Source: Balanoglossus misakiensis (Eukaryota > Animalia > Hemichordata). From it: 64,000 nt of DNA. The translations under genes were made by a program, and so were the position numbers. Shown one piece after another: positions 12,935-26,269 of the stretch; the stretch's first letter is position 1; each line of letters opens with the position of its first letter. The DNA is taken from the NCBI GenBank assembly GCA_040954595.2, contig CM082588.2, positions 608,613-672,612 of the forward strand. Direction: 5' to 3'. The notes under the pieces were generated by a model, which had not been told where the DNA came from, made no database searches, and was given only the letters and a program-made list of their open reading frames with translations.

Positions 12935-15900
12935 ATGAAAATGTCCGCACTGCATCGTTATCTGCGTCCAGCAATTGGATCGCTTGTGGCACTGTGTGTC
13001 ATAGTTATACTGGCGATCTTTTCTAGCAACGGAGCTCTCAGTAAAGTGTCTCTGGTCCGACCAGTTCAGGACCAGCCACGTCAGACGGACAACTGTAAGT
13101 AGACCCCACGGTCACTACATAGACCCACTTAATATGTTATCCACTGAATTTAATATACTGTTATCTGTGTGTGTGTCCAATGTGACCAAACATTTGTTGG
13201 AACCGCCCCAACTGTTCTTTTTGAGTACAGTTTGAAAGTTTGGTGAAGAATGCAATTGTTATCAACACTCCAAAAAGATCAGACTGTGGGGTTACAGCGA
13301 TGAGGAAACCATTAACAGTGGAAGGGATGACGTAACACGTTGAGTTTATGTTAATAAAGTTAAAACTTATTTTCATACAACATCAGATCACATAGTCGAC
13401 GGACGCTCGATGTTAGACGACGTACTCTCTAAGAATGAAAATACTTATGTGGTTTAGACGACAGCTGATATATTTTCAAATACAGGGCTGTTGATCAGAT
13501 GTATGTAGACTCAAAACAGTGGATTCATTGTTTTGGTGCTTACATTGAGTACTGTAGTTAGTACTCAGCCAAAACCCCTTCCCGTTCTAGTCAAGCTGAA
13601 GGCGATTAAATGACCCCAAAAATACATGTCAGTTTCTGGTAACGTTTATTGGTTGATTCGTGGAGGTACCCCATGGTTGATTCAGGAGTTCTCACGTTTG
13701 TAATGAAGCCCTACTGGTATTATGTCGAGAGTATCCGGCTATGGCTGTGTCACGTGTCACCTTCCACAAGAGCACCTCTGAAAGGTACCATTAAAGCAAA
13801 ACAACTGCTTACTACTTCCATTATGTGGTGCTCACACTGAAATCGATATCTTTTGGTGAACTGTCGTCCACTCTTTGCTTCGGGGTCAATGGTTCAATGT
13901 CTAGTGACGAGGGTTTGGTCCACACGGAACACGTAAACAGTGTACTGCCTGACCCCGACGGAACCGAATTACAATCATGCACTTATATAGTATGGACGTG
14001 ATTGACAGTTATCTCCGTAGCTGCAATATTTTTAGCCCTGGCAATTACCGAAAATCTCTCTTCCGGGGCACCATAGATTACAGCTATATGTAACCAGCGC
14101 GGCTTGGGCATGACAATCTGAGAATTCAATTTGAGACGCCAGAAGACACATGCGAATAATTTGTAAAGTGATCCCACACGCGTTCCTGTGTCCAAGACGT
14201 AATAGAACATCATGAGGCCAATCGCGGATTAATGTCATCTCTCCAAGGAATCGAATAATGGATTAAATAAATCGGTGTAATAAAATAAATCACTATTTTC
14301 ATTATTTAATGTGTCGTAGGTCATCCACAGCTCGGTTGAACACACCGACCTTGACAATATACGAACTCGAGGCGGATCCTCTTGCATACACAAATAAACA
14401 ATACTTTGCTGAAAACAATCCTTTGTTGTCTCACTGAATAGGTGGAGAATAACAATGTGTTTTATTGTCTTGCATGCATGTTTAACTATCTTAGTAAAGA
14501 TCAGTATATCAATCCAAATACCAGGCGCCGCTCAAATATTCACACAAATATTGTGTACATTTTGACAGGGGACATTTCGTGGTCTAATATTTTACAAGGG
14601 GGTGATCAAGATGGCCTTGATGATTACAGCGAAGATAGTTTTCTAGAGGGAGAAGATGACGATGGAAGTCAAGAAACAAAAACAAAACTCGTAAGTGATT
14701 ACATGTATCATTATCGTGTCCATTTTTGTTGAAATCTTTCTAATAAACGACATACATGGTAAGAGAACATGGTCGAGTTTTTATTAATAACCATTCACGT
14801 GTGCTCTTTTGTGTCCGAGTACGGTAAATAATCAAGGCTGTCAGTTTGATTCAAACAAGGGTCATAAAATCGAGATTTGACTTATCCGCGAAAATTGTCT
14901 TTTTATCTTCACAGACGCCGCAAAGCCGAGTAGTTTTCAACAGAGTTGGCAAGTGTGGCAGCCGAACAGTATTGACGATTTTCAAGACTTTGGCAGATCG
15001 AAATAACTTCAAATTTTATGGATCAGAAATAAACAATATAACTCACATACCGCTCAGAGGCCAGGTCAGTTTATAATTTGTGCCGTTTCGATTTTAATTG
15101 CATTATAGGCGAAACTGCAGGATGTAATTTCTCACGTCTTGGATAAGATTTTGTGTATGTCTGTTGCTTCGTAAATGCTTTCTGTTGCCAAGAAACGCGG
15201 AAATGTCGACAATGGAGATATTATGGAGTCAATTACACGACCATGTACAGTATACTCGCTAATGGAGCCTCACATTGTGTTGTTTGGTTCAGGAAACTTG
15301 CCACTTTATATGCAGTCAGTTAAAACGTGTTGGCGTTCTTAGATTGCCCCCTTTCATGCCTTTGTCAAGAACTCATGGGACCATACACCAAAGCAAGTAG
15401 AGAATGTATACCCCGAGGTTTAAATTTCAGTTCCCACATATGCGTGCTGGTTGGCAGAGTTATAATATTGCAGCCACTGAATTAAATCCTTTCTGTTTCA
15501 GATCGAGCTAGTTAATATAATATCGTCACTTCGGCCTCCGTTTATATACCAACGACATTTCCATTTTATAGACTTTCAGAGGTAAGTACATGCACTGAGT
15601 TTAGACACAGTTGGTCTCTCGTGTCATAGAGCAAAATAAGGGTCAGGTGATAATATCAAGCTTCGTATCAATTTCTGTGTCATTGTCGACATATAATTTT
15701 CGATTCCTGTCTTGTGAATTTACCATGTTTCTAACTTAAGGTCCCGTATATTCTTTACAGATTTGGTGCCATAGAACCGGTGTATATAAATATTATTCGC
15801 GATCCAGTCAATAGATTTGTATCACAGTATTACTTCAAGAGATTTGGCGATGAGCAGAGGGCGAGAAGATTTTACAAAGGCTCCGAAAAAGGACTCAATA

Positions 15901-16787
15901 TGGTTAGTAAAATATTTTAGTAACGTTCCAGAACCATTTTGCGGACATGACAGGACTACGATACTCTTTCAGTGTTTTCTTAATCTTCTGATCTTGCGGT
16001 ACTTTGTTATTGACATTGACTTGTACGTTTCTATTTTCAGTCTGTTAACGAGTGTGTTTTGTCGAACAATTATGAGTGTAGCGGAAAGAAGTTACATTAC
16101 ATCGTCCCGTTTTTCTGTGGCCAAGATGAACGTTGCAGGTAAAAGATATACGTTTTTGACTCATTTTGGAACTGTATATGCGCAACTTGTATTAAACAAG
16201 TCTCACGAGATCTCACAATGATTGGAAAATCATCTATTTCCATCACGTAGTGGACTTTTGTGTTCACATAATGTTCTAAATTCTTATCTTTCCAGGACAC
16301 CTTCAAGATGGGCTTTAGACAAAGCAATCTCAAACTTATCAGAAAAGTTTCTCGTAGTGGGTTTCATTGAAGAGTTGGAACAAACACTACAGGTTTTCGA
16401 ACAACTAATTCCCGACATGTTTGAGGGCGCTTTGGGAATCTACAAACAGCCAGGTGAGTCTGACCAACTAACAAATTGACTGACCAATACTAGGCAGGGT
16501 ATGCCGGGCCTATAGACCACTTTCATGTCCCCCATGTGACCTTTAAATCCAGCCATTTCGTTGGTATCAATTAAACCATCTATAATATTGTGTCTAAACT
16601 CTCATTTTTCGCAGCAGCCGCCGAAAAGACGCAACAAACTTCGACCAAACACAAAGAACCAGTTACAGAAGAAGTCAGGAAAATAATGATGGACAGAATG
16701 GCGTTTGAGTACGAGTTTCACGACTTTGCTAAGAAAAAGTTTGAAGTGATTAAAAACCAGTTGGGAATTGCGCCCTCGACGAGGTGA
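12935..16787 (+). CDS. UST: Uronyl 2-O-sulfotransferase-like, copy A (8 exons)
   Basis: Type II membrane N-terminus; 5'-PSB motif VFNRVGKCGSRTV; 3'-PB motif VYINIIRDPVNRFVSQYYF; YIVPFFCGQ, WALDKA, FLVVGFIEELE, RMAFEYEF. Exons: 12935-13094, 14569-14690, 14915-15064, 15502-15581, 15761-15902, 16041-16138, 16296-16453, 16615-16787. Confidence 0.92.
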
Positions 16788-17401
16788 ACATAGCTGTACG
16801 GCTGGAGAGTTTGGCCGCAAACCGAAGGTTTCATATTGCTAGGTAACAGTTACTATGGTGATTGTCATATCTACGATAATCATGCATCTATGAATTTACT
16901 TGCGAGCAAAGACAGCCCCACCTTGAGTCAGCAGTCGTCAAGGAGACTAAGACGCGATGGAAATGAAAACTCGTCTTCCTAAAGTTTTGATGTTTTATTT
17001 ACGGGACCCCCTTTCATATCCCCACCATCGAAGGTTTTTTTTTAAATGGTAAATATTTATCATGAATTTCTTTCAATTTTAAACAGTTTCCTTTCAGAAG
17101 TTGAAGACTATTTTTAAAGTGCGTGCTTGGTATGATTTTATTGAACACTGTCAGTCAAAACTAAGTATGAATGCGATTTTGTGGACGTGCAACAATATGC
17201 ATTTTAGATTCAACAAATTCCGCGTAGAATCGAGTTCATTGGTGCTACAAAAACTGTACATAGATATATTTTTAAACGATTTCATGTGTCAGTGGGTTTT
17301 TTTTTTCTTGGTGATGGAACTTTTTAAATTTATACGAACAGGGTAAAATAAAGAACAACACTATTTACAAGTTGTAGAGTTCTTTGGTCCCGTTAGGCCC
17401 T

Positions 17402-17574
17402 GTACCGGGTCTCGATTTCCAGACCTTGTTCATTTTCTAACGCTTAGTGCCCGCTAGCGGTAGGACATGGTGCAGGGCGAAAGACTCGCTGTTCTGCTCA
17501 ATCGTCATGTCTTACCGCTAGCGGCGCATTATGCATTAGCGAAGTGAGCGAGGTCTGGAAAACATCGAAAGTAC
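17402..17574. mobile_element. Hairpin MITE with 10-bp target-site duplication upstream of UST copy B
   Basis: Imperfect inverted arms of ~60 bp (TCGATTTCCAGACC...CCGCTAGCGGTAGGACATG and CATGTCTTACCGCTAGCGG...GGTCTGGAAAACATCGA) with GTAC termini. Flanked by GTTAGGCCCT (17392-17401) and GTTAGACCCT (17575-17584). The paralogous site upstream of copy A (~12786-12815) is empty. Confidence 0.8.
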
Positions 17575-17680
17575 GTTAGACCCTTTACACGCATACATTG
17601 CAGTGTCAGGGATGTTGTGATGTGGTACTCCTGTGTCGACAACTGAAAAGAGTCAGTCCATGTCCAACTTTGTCCCCTAA

Positions 17681-19546
17681 ATGAAAATGTTCGCATTGCA
17701 TCGTTATCTGCGTCCAGCCATTGGATCGCTTGTGGCAATGTGTGTCATAGTTATACTGGCGATCTTTTCTACCAATGGAGCTCTTAGTAAAGTGGCTCTG
17801 GTCCGACCAGTACAGTGGTCCAATATATTACAAGGCGGCGAAAAAGATGGCGATGATGATTACAACGAAGATAGTTTTCTAGCGGGAGAAGATGACGATG
17901 AAAGTAAACAAACAAAAACACAACTCGTAAGTGATATTTCTGTTTCCTTTGGGGAATTTTATATAACTATATACCAAATGTAGAATTTACTTACTCCGAC
18001 AACATTTTGCATCATGTGGTTTGGCTTTTTATCTTCACAGACACCACAGACGCGGATAGTTTACAACAGAGTTCCCAAATGTGGCAGTCGAACAGTATTG
18101 ACGACTTTTAAGACTTTGGCAGATCGAAAAAACTTTACAGTTTATGGATCGAAAACAAACAAACTAACGCATTTTCAACTAAACAACCAGGTCAGTCCAA
18201 TTTTGTCGTTCGATTAGAACTGCTAACACCACAGGATGTAATTTCTCACATATTGGATAGATGATCGAATTATAATAGGCAGCTACTGAATTGAATCCTT
18301 TCTGTTTCAGATCAAGTTAGTCAATGTAATATCGTCACTTCAGCCTCCGTTTATCTATCATCGACACTTTCATTTTATAGACTTTCAAAAGTAAGTACTA
18401 AGTTGAGACACGGTCCGTCTATCTTGTGATTAATGACTTTTTCTTTTAAACTTCAACAAGGGCTGTTCAACACATCATTTTTTCATCCGTGTCTGTTGTA
18501 AAAAAAATATTGTCCAATGGCTGGGAATAGCACAATGCGATAATACTGTGTAAACGCCGTCAGTATTTGTGAATAAGCGATGCTTTCAACTCTTGAGTCA
18601 TTTACAGGTGTATATTCTTTGCAGATTTGGTGTCATAGAACCTGTGTATATAAATATTATTCGGGATCCAGTCGATAGATTTATATCACAGTATTACTTT
18701 GCGAGATTTGGCGATGGAAGTCAGAAAGCAGGCAGATTTTACACAGGTCCAGAGAAAGGATTCAATATGGTTAGTACAATTTTTACTAAAGTTTTCAAGA
18801 TTTTATTGTCACTGTTTTAGCCCTCTTATGTTATTGACAATCACTTGTATGTTTCTATTTTCAGTCTGTTAACGAGTGTGTTTTATCGAACAATTTTGAG
18901 TGCAGCAGCAAGAATTTACATTACATCGTCCCGTTTTTCTGTGGCCAAGATTATCGTTGCAGGTAAAGAATGTACATGTACACCTTTGACTCATCTTGGA
19001 ACTGTGTTACAATAGATTTTCGCGGATTCTCTCTGATGTCAACTAACATATATTCGCGATTCTAATCTTGCCAGGACACCTTCAAGATGGGCTTTAGACA
19101 AAGCAATCTCAAACTTATCAGAAAAGTTTCTCGTGGTGGGTTTCATTGAAGAGTTGGAGCAAACACTACAGGTTTTCGAACAACTAATTCCCGACATGTT
19201 TGAGGGCGCTTTGGGAATCTACAAACAGCAAGGTGAGTCTGACCAACTAACAAATTGACTGACCAATATAGACCACTGTCATGTCCCCCATGTGACCTTT
19301 AAATCCTGTCATTTCGTTGGTATCAATTAAACCATCTATAATATTGTGTCTATTAAACTCTCATTTTTCGCAGCAGCCGCCGAAAAGACGCAACAGACTT
19401 CGACCAAACACAAAGAACCAGTTACAGAAGAAGTCAGAAAAATAATGATGGACAGAATGGCGTTTGAGTACGAGTTTCACGACTTCGCTAAGAAAAAGTT
19501 TGAAGTGATTAAAAACCAGTTGGGAATTGCGCCCTCGACGAGGTGA
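17681..19546 (+). CDS. UST: Uronyl 2-O-sulfotransferase-like, copy B (7 exons)
   Basis: Tandem paralogue of copy A with an intact frame; VYNRVPKCGSRTV and IIRDPVDRFISQYYF; same C-terminus as copy A. Approximate exons: 17681-17926, 18041-18190, 18311-18390, 18625-18769, 18865-18962, 19075-19232, 19374-19546. Confidence 0.9.
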
Positions 19547-20214
19547 ACATAGCTGTACGGCTGAAGAATTTGGCCGCAAACCGAAGGTTTCATATTGCTA
19601 GGTAACAGTTACTATAGCGATTTTGTGGAAGGATTTCAAAAAAAGCAGTCATGGCATAATTATATAATGGTGTCCATGGTTGGACATCGACCGCACAGAC
19701 CTTTACGCAGGGCTAAGTAATCTAGTACGTCTCGAGTGTTTATTGTGCATTTTGATTAAAGAACAATGATTATTTCGACAATAAATGTCACTGCCATGGG
19801 CAAGCAACGACTTCAAAGTGAGGGCTCATTAATTACCAATTTTGTGTTCATGGGTGATTCGCTTTGAAGACATAGAAACACCTATACCTAAGACACAAGT
19901 ACCTGCCCGTCTGATATGCGCTTTTGAAGAACGTACAACGGTAACTGATACTAGCGGTAAACTGTTCGAGTGAACTTCCGACTCCGGAGGCCATGGACGG
20001 GTGTTTCTTAATATTTAACTTCTACACAGGCACGAAAGAAAACTTCCTCCTTCTCTGTGGCTGTTATAACACAAGGAAAGATGTGAACCACAACAGACGA
20101 GATGCCTGGTCGCGTCTGCCCGAGTCCAGCTCTGTGTGGCATTTGGTTTTGTAGTGACCGGTACCATCACAGCCCTGTCACGCAGAGCTTCTTCCAGACC
20201 AGTCTGAAAATTCG

Positions 20215-20241
20215 TAGCCCGGAGACCAGGTCTCCGGGCTA
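20215..20241. mobile_element. 27-bp minimal TIR element with 9-bp target-site duplication
   Basis: Perfect inverted repeat TAGCCCGGAGACC-A-GGTCTCCGGGCTA flanked on both sides by GAAAATTCG (20206-20214 and 20242-20250). Confidence 0.8.
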
Positions 20242-21266
20242 GAAAATTCGAAGCCTCGAAAAATTTACAACCTGCGAGTTTGGTGTCTGGGTCTGAGTAC
20301 TGGTCGGTTTATTCAAATCTCAGTTCTGTGATCGTAGGCCTTTTGTATGTGTTACTCGGGGATATACATTAGAGGACATCTCTGTCCTACCATGCTTACG
20401 TCAGTGGTTAAAACCCGTAATGCGACGAAGCAAGATACGATCACAGTGTGAGAATAGTATATGCCTAATTACAGAGCTTGTCAATGAGATACACTGAATC
20501 CCAAATAAGTTAATTCACATTCCAACGCCCTTACACCGTGTATGGGAAATATCACACCCACTTCTTCATCGTATCACAGTCACTCATAAAGAATCCATGC
20601 ATAAATAATCCATGCCATTATACTGATTATGTGGACCAATTATTGAACAGTAATTATTCTGCCAACTGCGCTTCTTTTCGCCTCCGGAACTTTAGTTGTG
20701 CACCCTCTGAAGGGCAAGCCAGTCACGTGATTACCATTCAAATTCTAAGTGGGTGTAGTGACTGATTCCGATGTTGTGAATTAAATCTATAGCAAAGGTC
20801 TTGCGCAGTATTCGCTGATCGGTGTTTTTTGTGGCATGTTCCCTATTGTGCGCCTGCTCGCCGTCTGTGTTCCCTTTGGCGTCTCGTGGCATGATTGGCG
20901 GGAGGCCCTGGTCCTGGTGTAAATCTGCCGAAACAATTAGAGACAGCAGTACCATTGTTTTAGAACTGCGGCGGTGTGAACGAGGCGAGGTCCGAAGATT
21001 GTAGTTGGGCTTGTTTAAGAAGCTCGTGTTTACTTGTTATGAGTTTTCGTCGACTAGAAGCTACTGTTGTGAGCTGCTTCTCCCTAAACACATTACAACG
21101 GGGATCTCTGACACACACCGCCAGCTGCAGAGACCAGACAAGTTGCAAGACCGGCCGGGAAACTCAATCCACTAGTGCCATTCTACCACTTGTGGACTGA
21201 CACCGAACCACTTAGTACAACTGCTCTGTCGTCCGACTTCGTTTCTTTTAACTGTAGTATGTCGGT

Positions 21267-24200
21267 ATGTTCCTCCGTAAATGGAGCCTGTCATACAGAA
21301 AGGCTACGTTCGCAGTGTGCTGTGGTTCGTTGACAACACTTCTTCTAGTTATAGCACAATTGCCTGGAAACGTCCGTCGGACTTCGTCACCCACGGCCTG
21401 GGAGGGAGATCCCGGTGTTATACACACACACATTCCTGCAAGCGAAGGACTTCAGGTAATAGATTACTGTTCAACTTTAAGCTCATATCTTCTTTGACTG
21501 TCTTTTCGATTTGTGCAAGGGTCACACCTCATTCCACTGTTCGTGGAAACTGCTATTCTAAATATTAAAGAACTGTCTGGAATTGTCATTATGTTGGGGG
21601 TACTCTCCGCAAGAGGGTTTCAAAGATCACGAGTAGGGCTTCGTCTGTGTCCCACCAGGGCTTCGGTCGATACCGCTGATTGCTGACGTATAGGGCAAAA
21701 CTGTATTAACCGCCATCTTGAAAAACGCATTGCATTGTGGGACGACTGGGGGGGAGTACCTGAAGACCCATAGCATTGTAATGTAGACATCTACCGAGAC
21801 ACTCTATTCCTCCAAACGTTTTTTTTTCCAACAAACTCTCAGATTTCAGTTCTAATAGCCGTCTTCTGTTCTGAAAAGTATTATTATTATCGTCGAGCCG
21901 TTCCAGAAGATTTTTGAGGATCCAACAATAGCGGGTGTTGCCATTATTCATTGGTATTAAGTGCTGTTGCTATGTGTTTGACAAATTCGTTTCTGAATAC
22001 GTTCAAGTAGAATTTTCGTGACACAATTACAATAACTGTAAAATAACTAAAAATAACAAACTTTCCATAAAGTAAAAAAGCGTGAACGGCTTCATTATAA
22101 TGCAAGCCAAGCTGTCACGGTGAAAATTAAGGCCAGCCATGAAAGCGTCCTTTCAAAGACTAATTTCACTAAGTCTTATTAGACGAAAATAAAACAAATT
22201 AGACCAAAAAACGATTGCAATGATCTCCATTATGTGTTGAAATTCTAGTTTTTCATACCCTTCTACGTCGGTGTCACGAAAAGCTTGAAAGGACGCTTTC
22301 ATGGCTAGCCTTACTATTTTCACAGCTTGGCTTGCATTATAATGAAGCCGTTCACGCTTTTTTTCTTCCATCTCCACATTCACTTACTGGTTTACATAAC
22401 AAAAAAAAAAAAACAGATTTGAAAGAGAAACTTCTTGCTAATCAAAAGTTAATGCAAAAAATTCTTTTCATTTTTGTGCATGTTTCAGAGCAGTTTGGAC
22501 AGTTTTTTTGAAAAGGGGGCGTGGCATGTTCATCTGTAATCTGAGCCAAGTACATGTAATCAGCATCAGCTTCTGGTCATACTTTATGGAAAGTTTGTTA
22601 TTTTTAGTTATTTTACAGTTATTGTAATTGTGGTACGAAAATTCTACTTGAACGTATTCAGAAACGAATTTGTCAAACACATAGCAACAGCACTTAATAC
22701 CAATGAATAATGGCAACACCCGCTATTGTTGGATCCTCAAAAATCTTCTGGAACGGCTCGACGATAATAATAATACTTTTCAGAACAGAAGACGGCTATT
22801 AGAACTGAAATCTGAGAGTTTGTTGGAAAAAAAACGTTTGGAGGAATAGAGTGTCTCGGTAGATGTCTACATTACAATGCTATGGGTCTTCAGGTACTCC
22901 CCCCCAGTCGTCCCACAATGCAATGCGTTTTTCAAGATGGCGGTTAATACAGCTTTGCCCTATACTGCGCACTGTTCGTCCGGTTATATTGTTTCCTCGT
23001 AAAATGACACTATATCAACGCTATGCAGGTAGTGTCTGAGACTGTAAAGGCATGGCACAGATACTACAATAGCACCACAAATGTTTCTGGTGGAAGCCAG
23101 ACTATACCATTTAGCGTTTATACACAATGACTAGTACTAGCAAATTGCTCGGGAATTGAGAGCAAATGCATATATAGGCCAATAGTAGTCGGAGTACATG
23201 TATACCTGGTGGGTATTCCGTACTCAATCAAGTAAATGTGCACACTCGAAGCAGAAACTCGCCCAGAGAGACTAGGCCCCTAAAGCACAATTACAAGTTG
23301 TCAGGATAAACCTGCCCCATGCCTACGGACTTAATGATGTCACCACAAAACAAATAAATTCTAGCAACATTTGTCCGGAGTAAATATAGCGTACATGAAG
23401 CGATTGCTGAGATTGGTATGCAATCGTGAAGGCCGGGACTGTGATCGCGTAGTTTGGCGATCACGGACCAGAGCTCAGCCAAGGCAAATATTCAAAACTT
23501 GCCTAAAATAATAGTGGTCATTATATAACTTACAGGCGGGGAACATTAGTTAACTATCTGTATAGAGACATCAGAAAACCACCAAGCGACAAATGGGTTT
23601 GTCTATTGCTGGGACTCCGGATTATGATGTTCTGTTTAATGTTTGCATGAATTGAGCCTGGTTATGCATGGCTAGGTTCGCCCATGGAGGTTCAAGTACC
23701 TCCATGGTTCACCACAGTCCCCCCACCACCCTGTGAGCGCTATGGGGTGTTTGGTGACCGTAGCAAAGAACGATACATTGCGGCTTTACTCAGGGCCAGT
23801 GGAAGTAAGCGTATGGACGTGTATAACGATCCCCAACTCTGCATTTACATGTATATTGCAAGGTTTGTATGTCAAGCAATTGACGGTGAAGGCGGCGCCG
23901 CTAACTGTAAATCAAAGAATCTCTTGTGTATGTTGATACAAACTGTTTGCTCGAGGTCAATCTTTAAATTTGACCTTGGCGAGAGGTTGACGTGGCGGGG
24001 TGGCGAATGGTAATTTGCAACAGATCTTCGGCATTTATCCAAGTTACAAGTAATTAACTGTAAATCCCGTCGGGATAGACTCTCAAGGGTCTACGGTTTT
24101 AACGACAAGATTCCATCCAATAAAAAAAGCCACCAATTTGCGTTCGCGCAAAACTGTAGTCCAGAACGAACGCGAAAAAGACTTTCAGCTAGACACTTTA

Positions 24201-26176
24201 CTTTTATTCTAAAGTTCGGGATCAAAGCTGATCACACATTTACATGACGTTCAAAACAGTGCCATTGGATATCCATTTGCTGAGAATCCATATACTGGCG
24301 TGAGTCCCTTCAGAAAGGGTATAATAGAACGCGTAATCCCACGATCCGAGACAGAAATTGTGGAACCCCGGCCCTTATTTTGGCTAAACCACGAGAAGTA
24401 CTAAAAGGAGAGAGAACGTGATACCTGAAAGTACACATCGAAACCAACATGACTTCACCGCCTGTGTGTTCCAAACAGATAACAACACAAGCTTCCGAAG
24501 GAAGGCTTTTCCTGTAAACTACAGATGTTTTGCAACAAAGGATGTTGAAGCTATCTCACAAATTGTGAGATTCCAGCAATGAAATTTACGGTAGGATATC
24601 GTTTGTTTAAACGTTGATGTGGACTCTTTGGTCCGTGGCCAACTTCAAGTGAAACAGTAGTTGACCAAGTTGAATAACATGAACGTTCATGACAGGAGTA
24701 CGTTTTCATCAGATGCTTTGTGAGCTAGTCAATTAGTAAAGCATTGAATTATTTTTTATGAATGGAATATTGAGATATAAAGAGTTCCGAGTCATCTGTC
24801 TGGTCTATTCGAGTGATGAACATGTCGTCGCATGCACACACATTACATGCAAATTTGAAATGCGAATTTTTATGCGAACGACGGCCACAATTCTACTGAA
24901 CTGAAAGAACCAATAGAATAGATTGTGCATCCCTGTACGTATGATTCCTAACATATAAGTGCGCTCTGAAATTACTGGAAAAGGGTTCACTAAACAACTC
25001 TTAATCTATGCTGAATACACACTGCTTTGGAGCTTTAGTCAACTGTCAAATCTAAGGGTACTAAAGTATGAGAGATTACCAAAATAACAAGAAAAACGCC
25101 GCAAAAAGGTTTTATCTGCGATGACCTTTATAACAGCGAAGCTGAAGTGAAATTGAAATGTAACACTTTGCGAGTCACTTTTGACAGGCTTCGTAATTTG
25201 GTCAACGTAAATTCAGAGTAAGCCGATGTCATTTATATTGAACTTCCTTTTAGATAATTGGGTGAAATGCAAATGGTAATTTGTGGGAACAAAACATGAA
25301 AGTATAGGTCACGTGGTGAGGTGAGGGCACTGGATTTATCAATAAAAGACGCAATGTGATTGGCTGAAATCGACGCTGCACCTTCACCACACGATGGATG
25401 GGCCAATAACACTTATTCATATACACCTTTTGCTATTTGATGAGCAGCCGATCACCGTCAAGCCAGTTTGTTGCAGCTGTGTCATTCCAATTGCAGTATG
25501 TTAAGATTGTGCATATTGCATCCGATATTGTTGCTATGGTCGTCCTTGCTTGAATGACGTTTGTAATCTATGTATAGCAATAATTGAGTCATGAATACTT
25601 AATGACTTGGATGCTAAGAATCAGATGACTGGATTTACTCTGTAACATAGAACCGTGTATGAATATTGGAATAAGTGTCTTCGACAATTGCCATGCACAT
25701 CACGTCACCGGGTTCTGCCTGATTGATTTCTCGCCCCCATCACAACTTGACAAGAAATTTAATGTTTGAGATCTGAATTTCAACTCGATGCATTGCTATG
25801 TGGTCATATCTTAATCGAGAAAACGTATATTTTTGGCACTCCATAAAACGAGCAACCCCGCGGTCCGCAGTAATCCAAGTTTGAAACAGCAACAGAACTT
25901 TCCAGGAAACAAACGAACAAACGAGATTCAGGAAATCTGACAAGTAAATGATCTACTATGATACCCACGGGTCATTTTTGAAATTACGTGATGAGCAATC
26001 GCTGGGGCCCTATCTGAGATATCTCTATTCCCTCGCCCACGTAACCTCAGGACCGTAATCTTGAATATTATTTCCTTGGCTTTCCTCGGCATGTTAAGGG
26101 TATACCACCCAGCTTCTATACAGTGCATTTTACCACGAGGGAGATCCCAGGTCACCACCACCACCACCACCATCAT

Positions 26177-26269
<93 letters not shown>

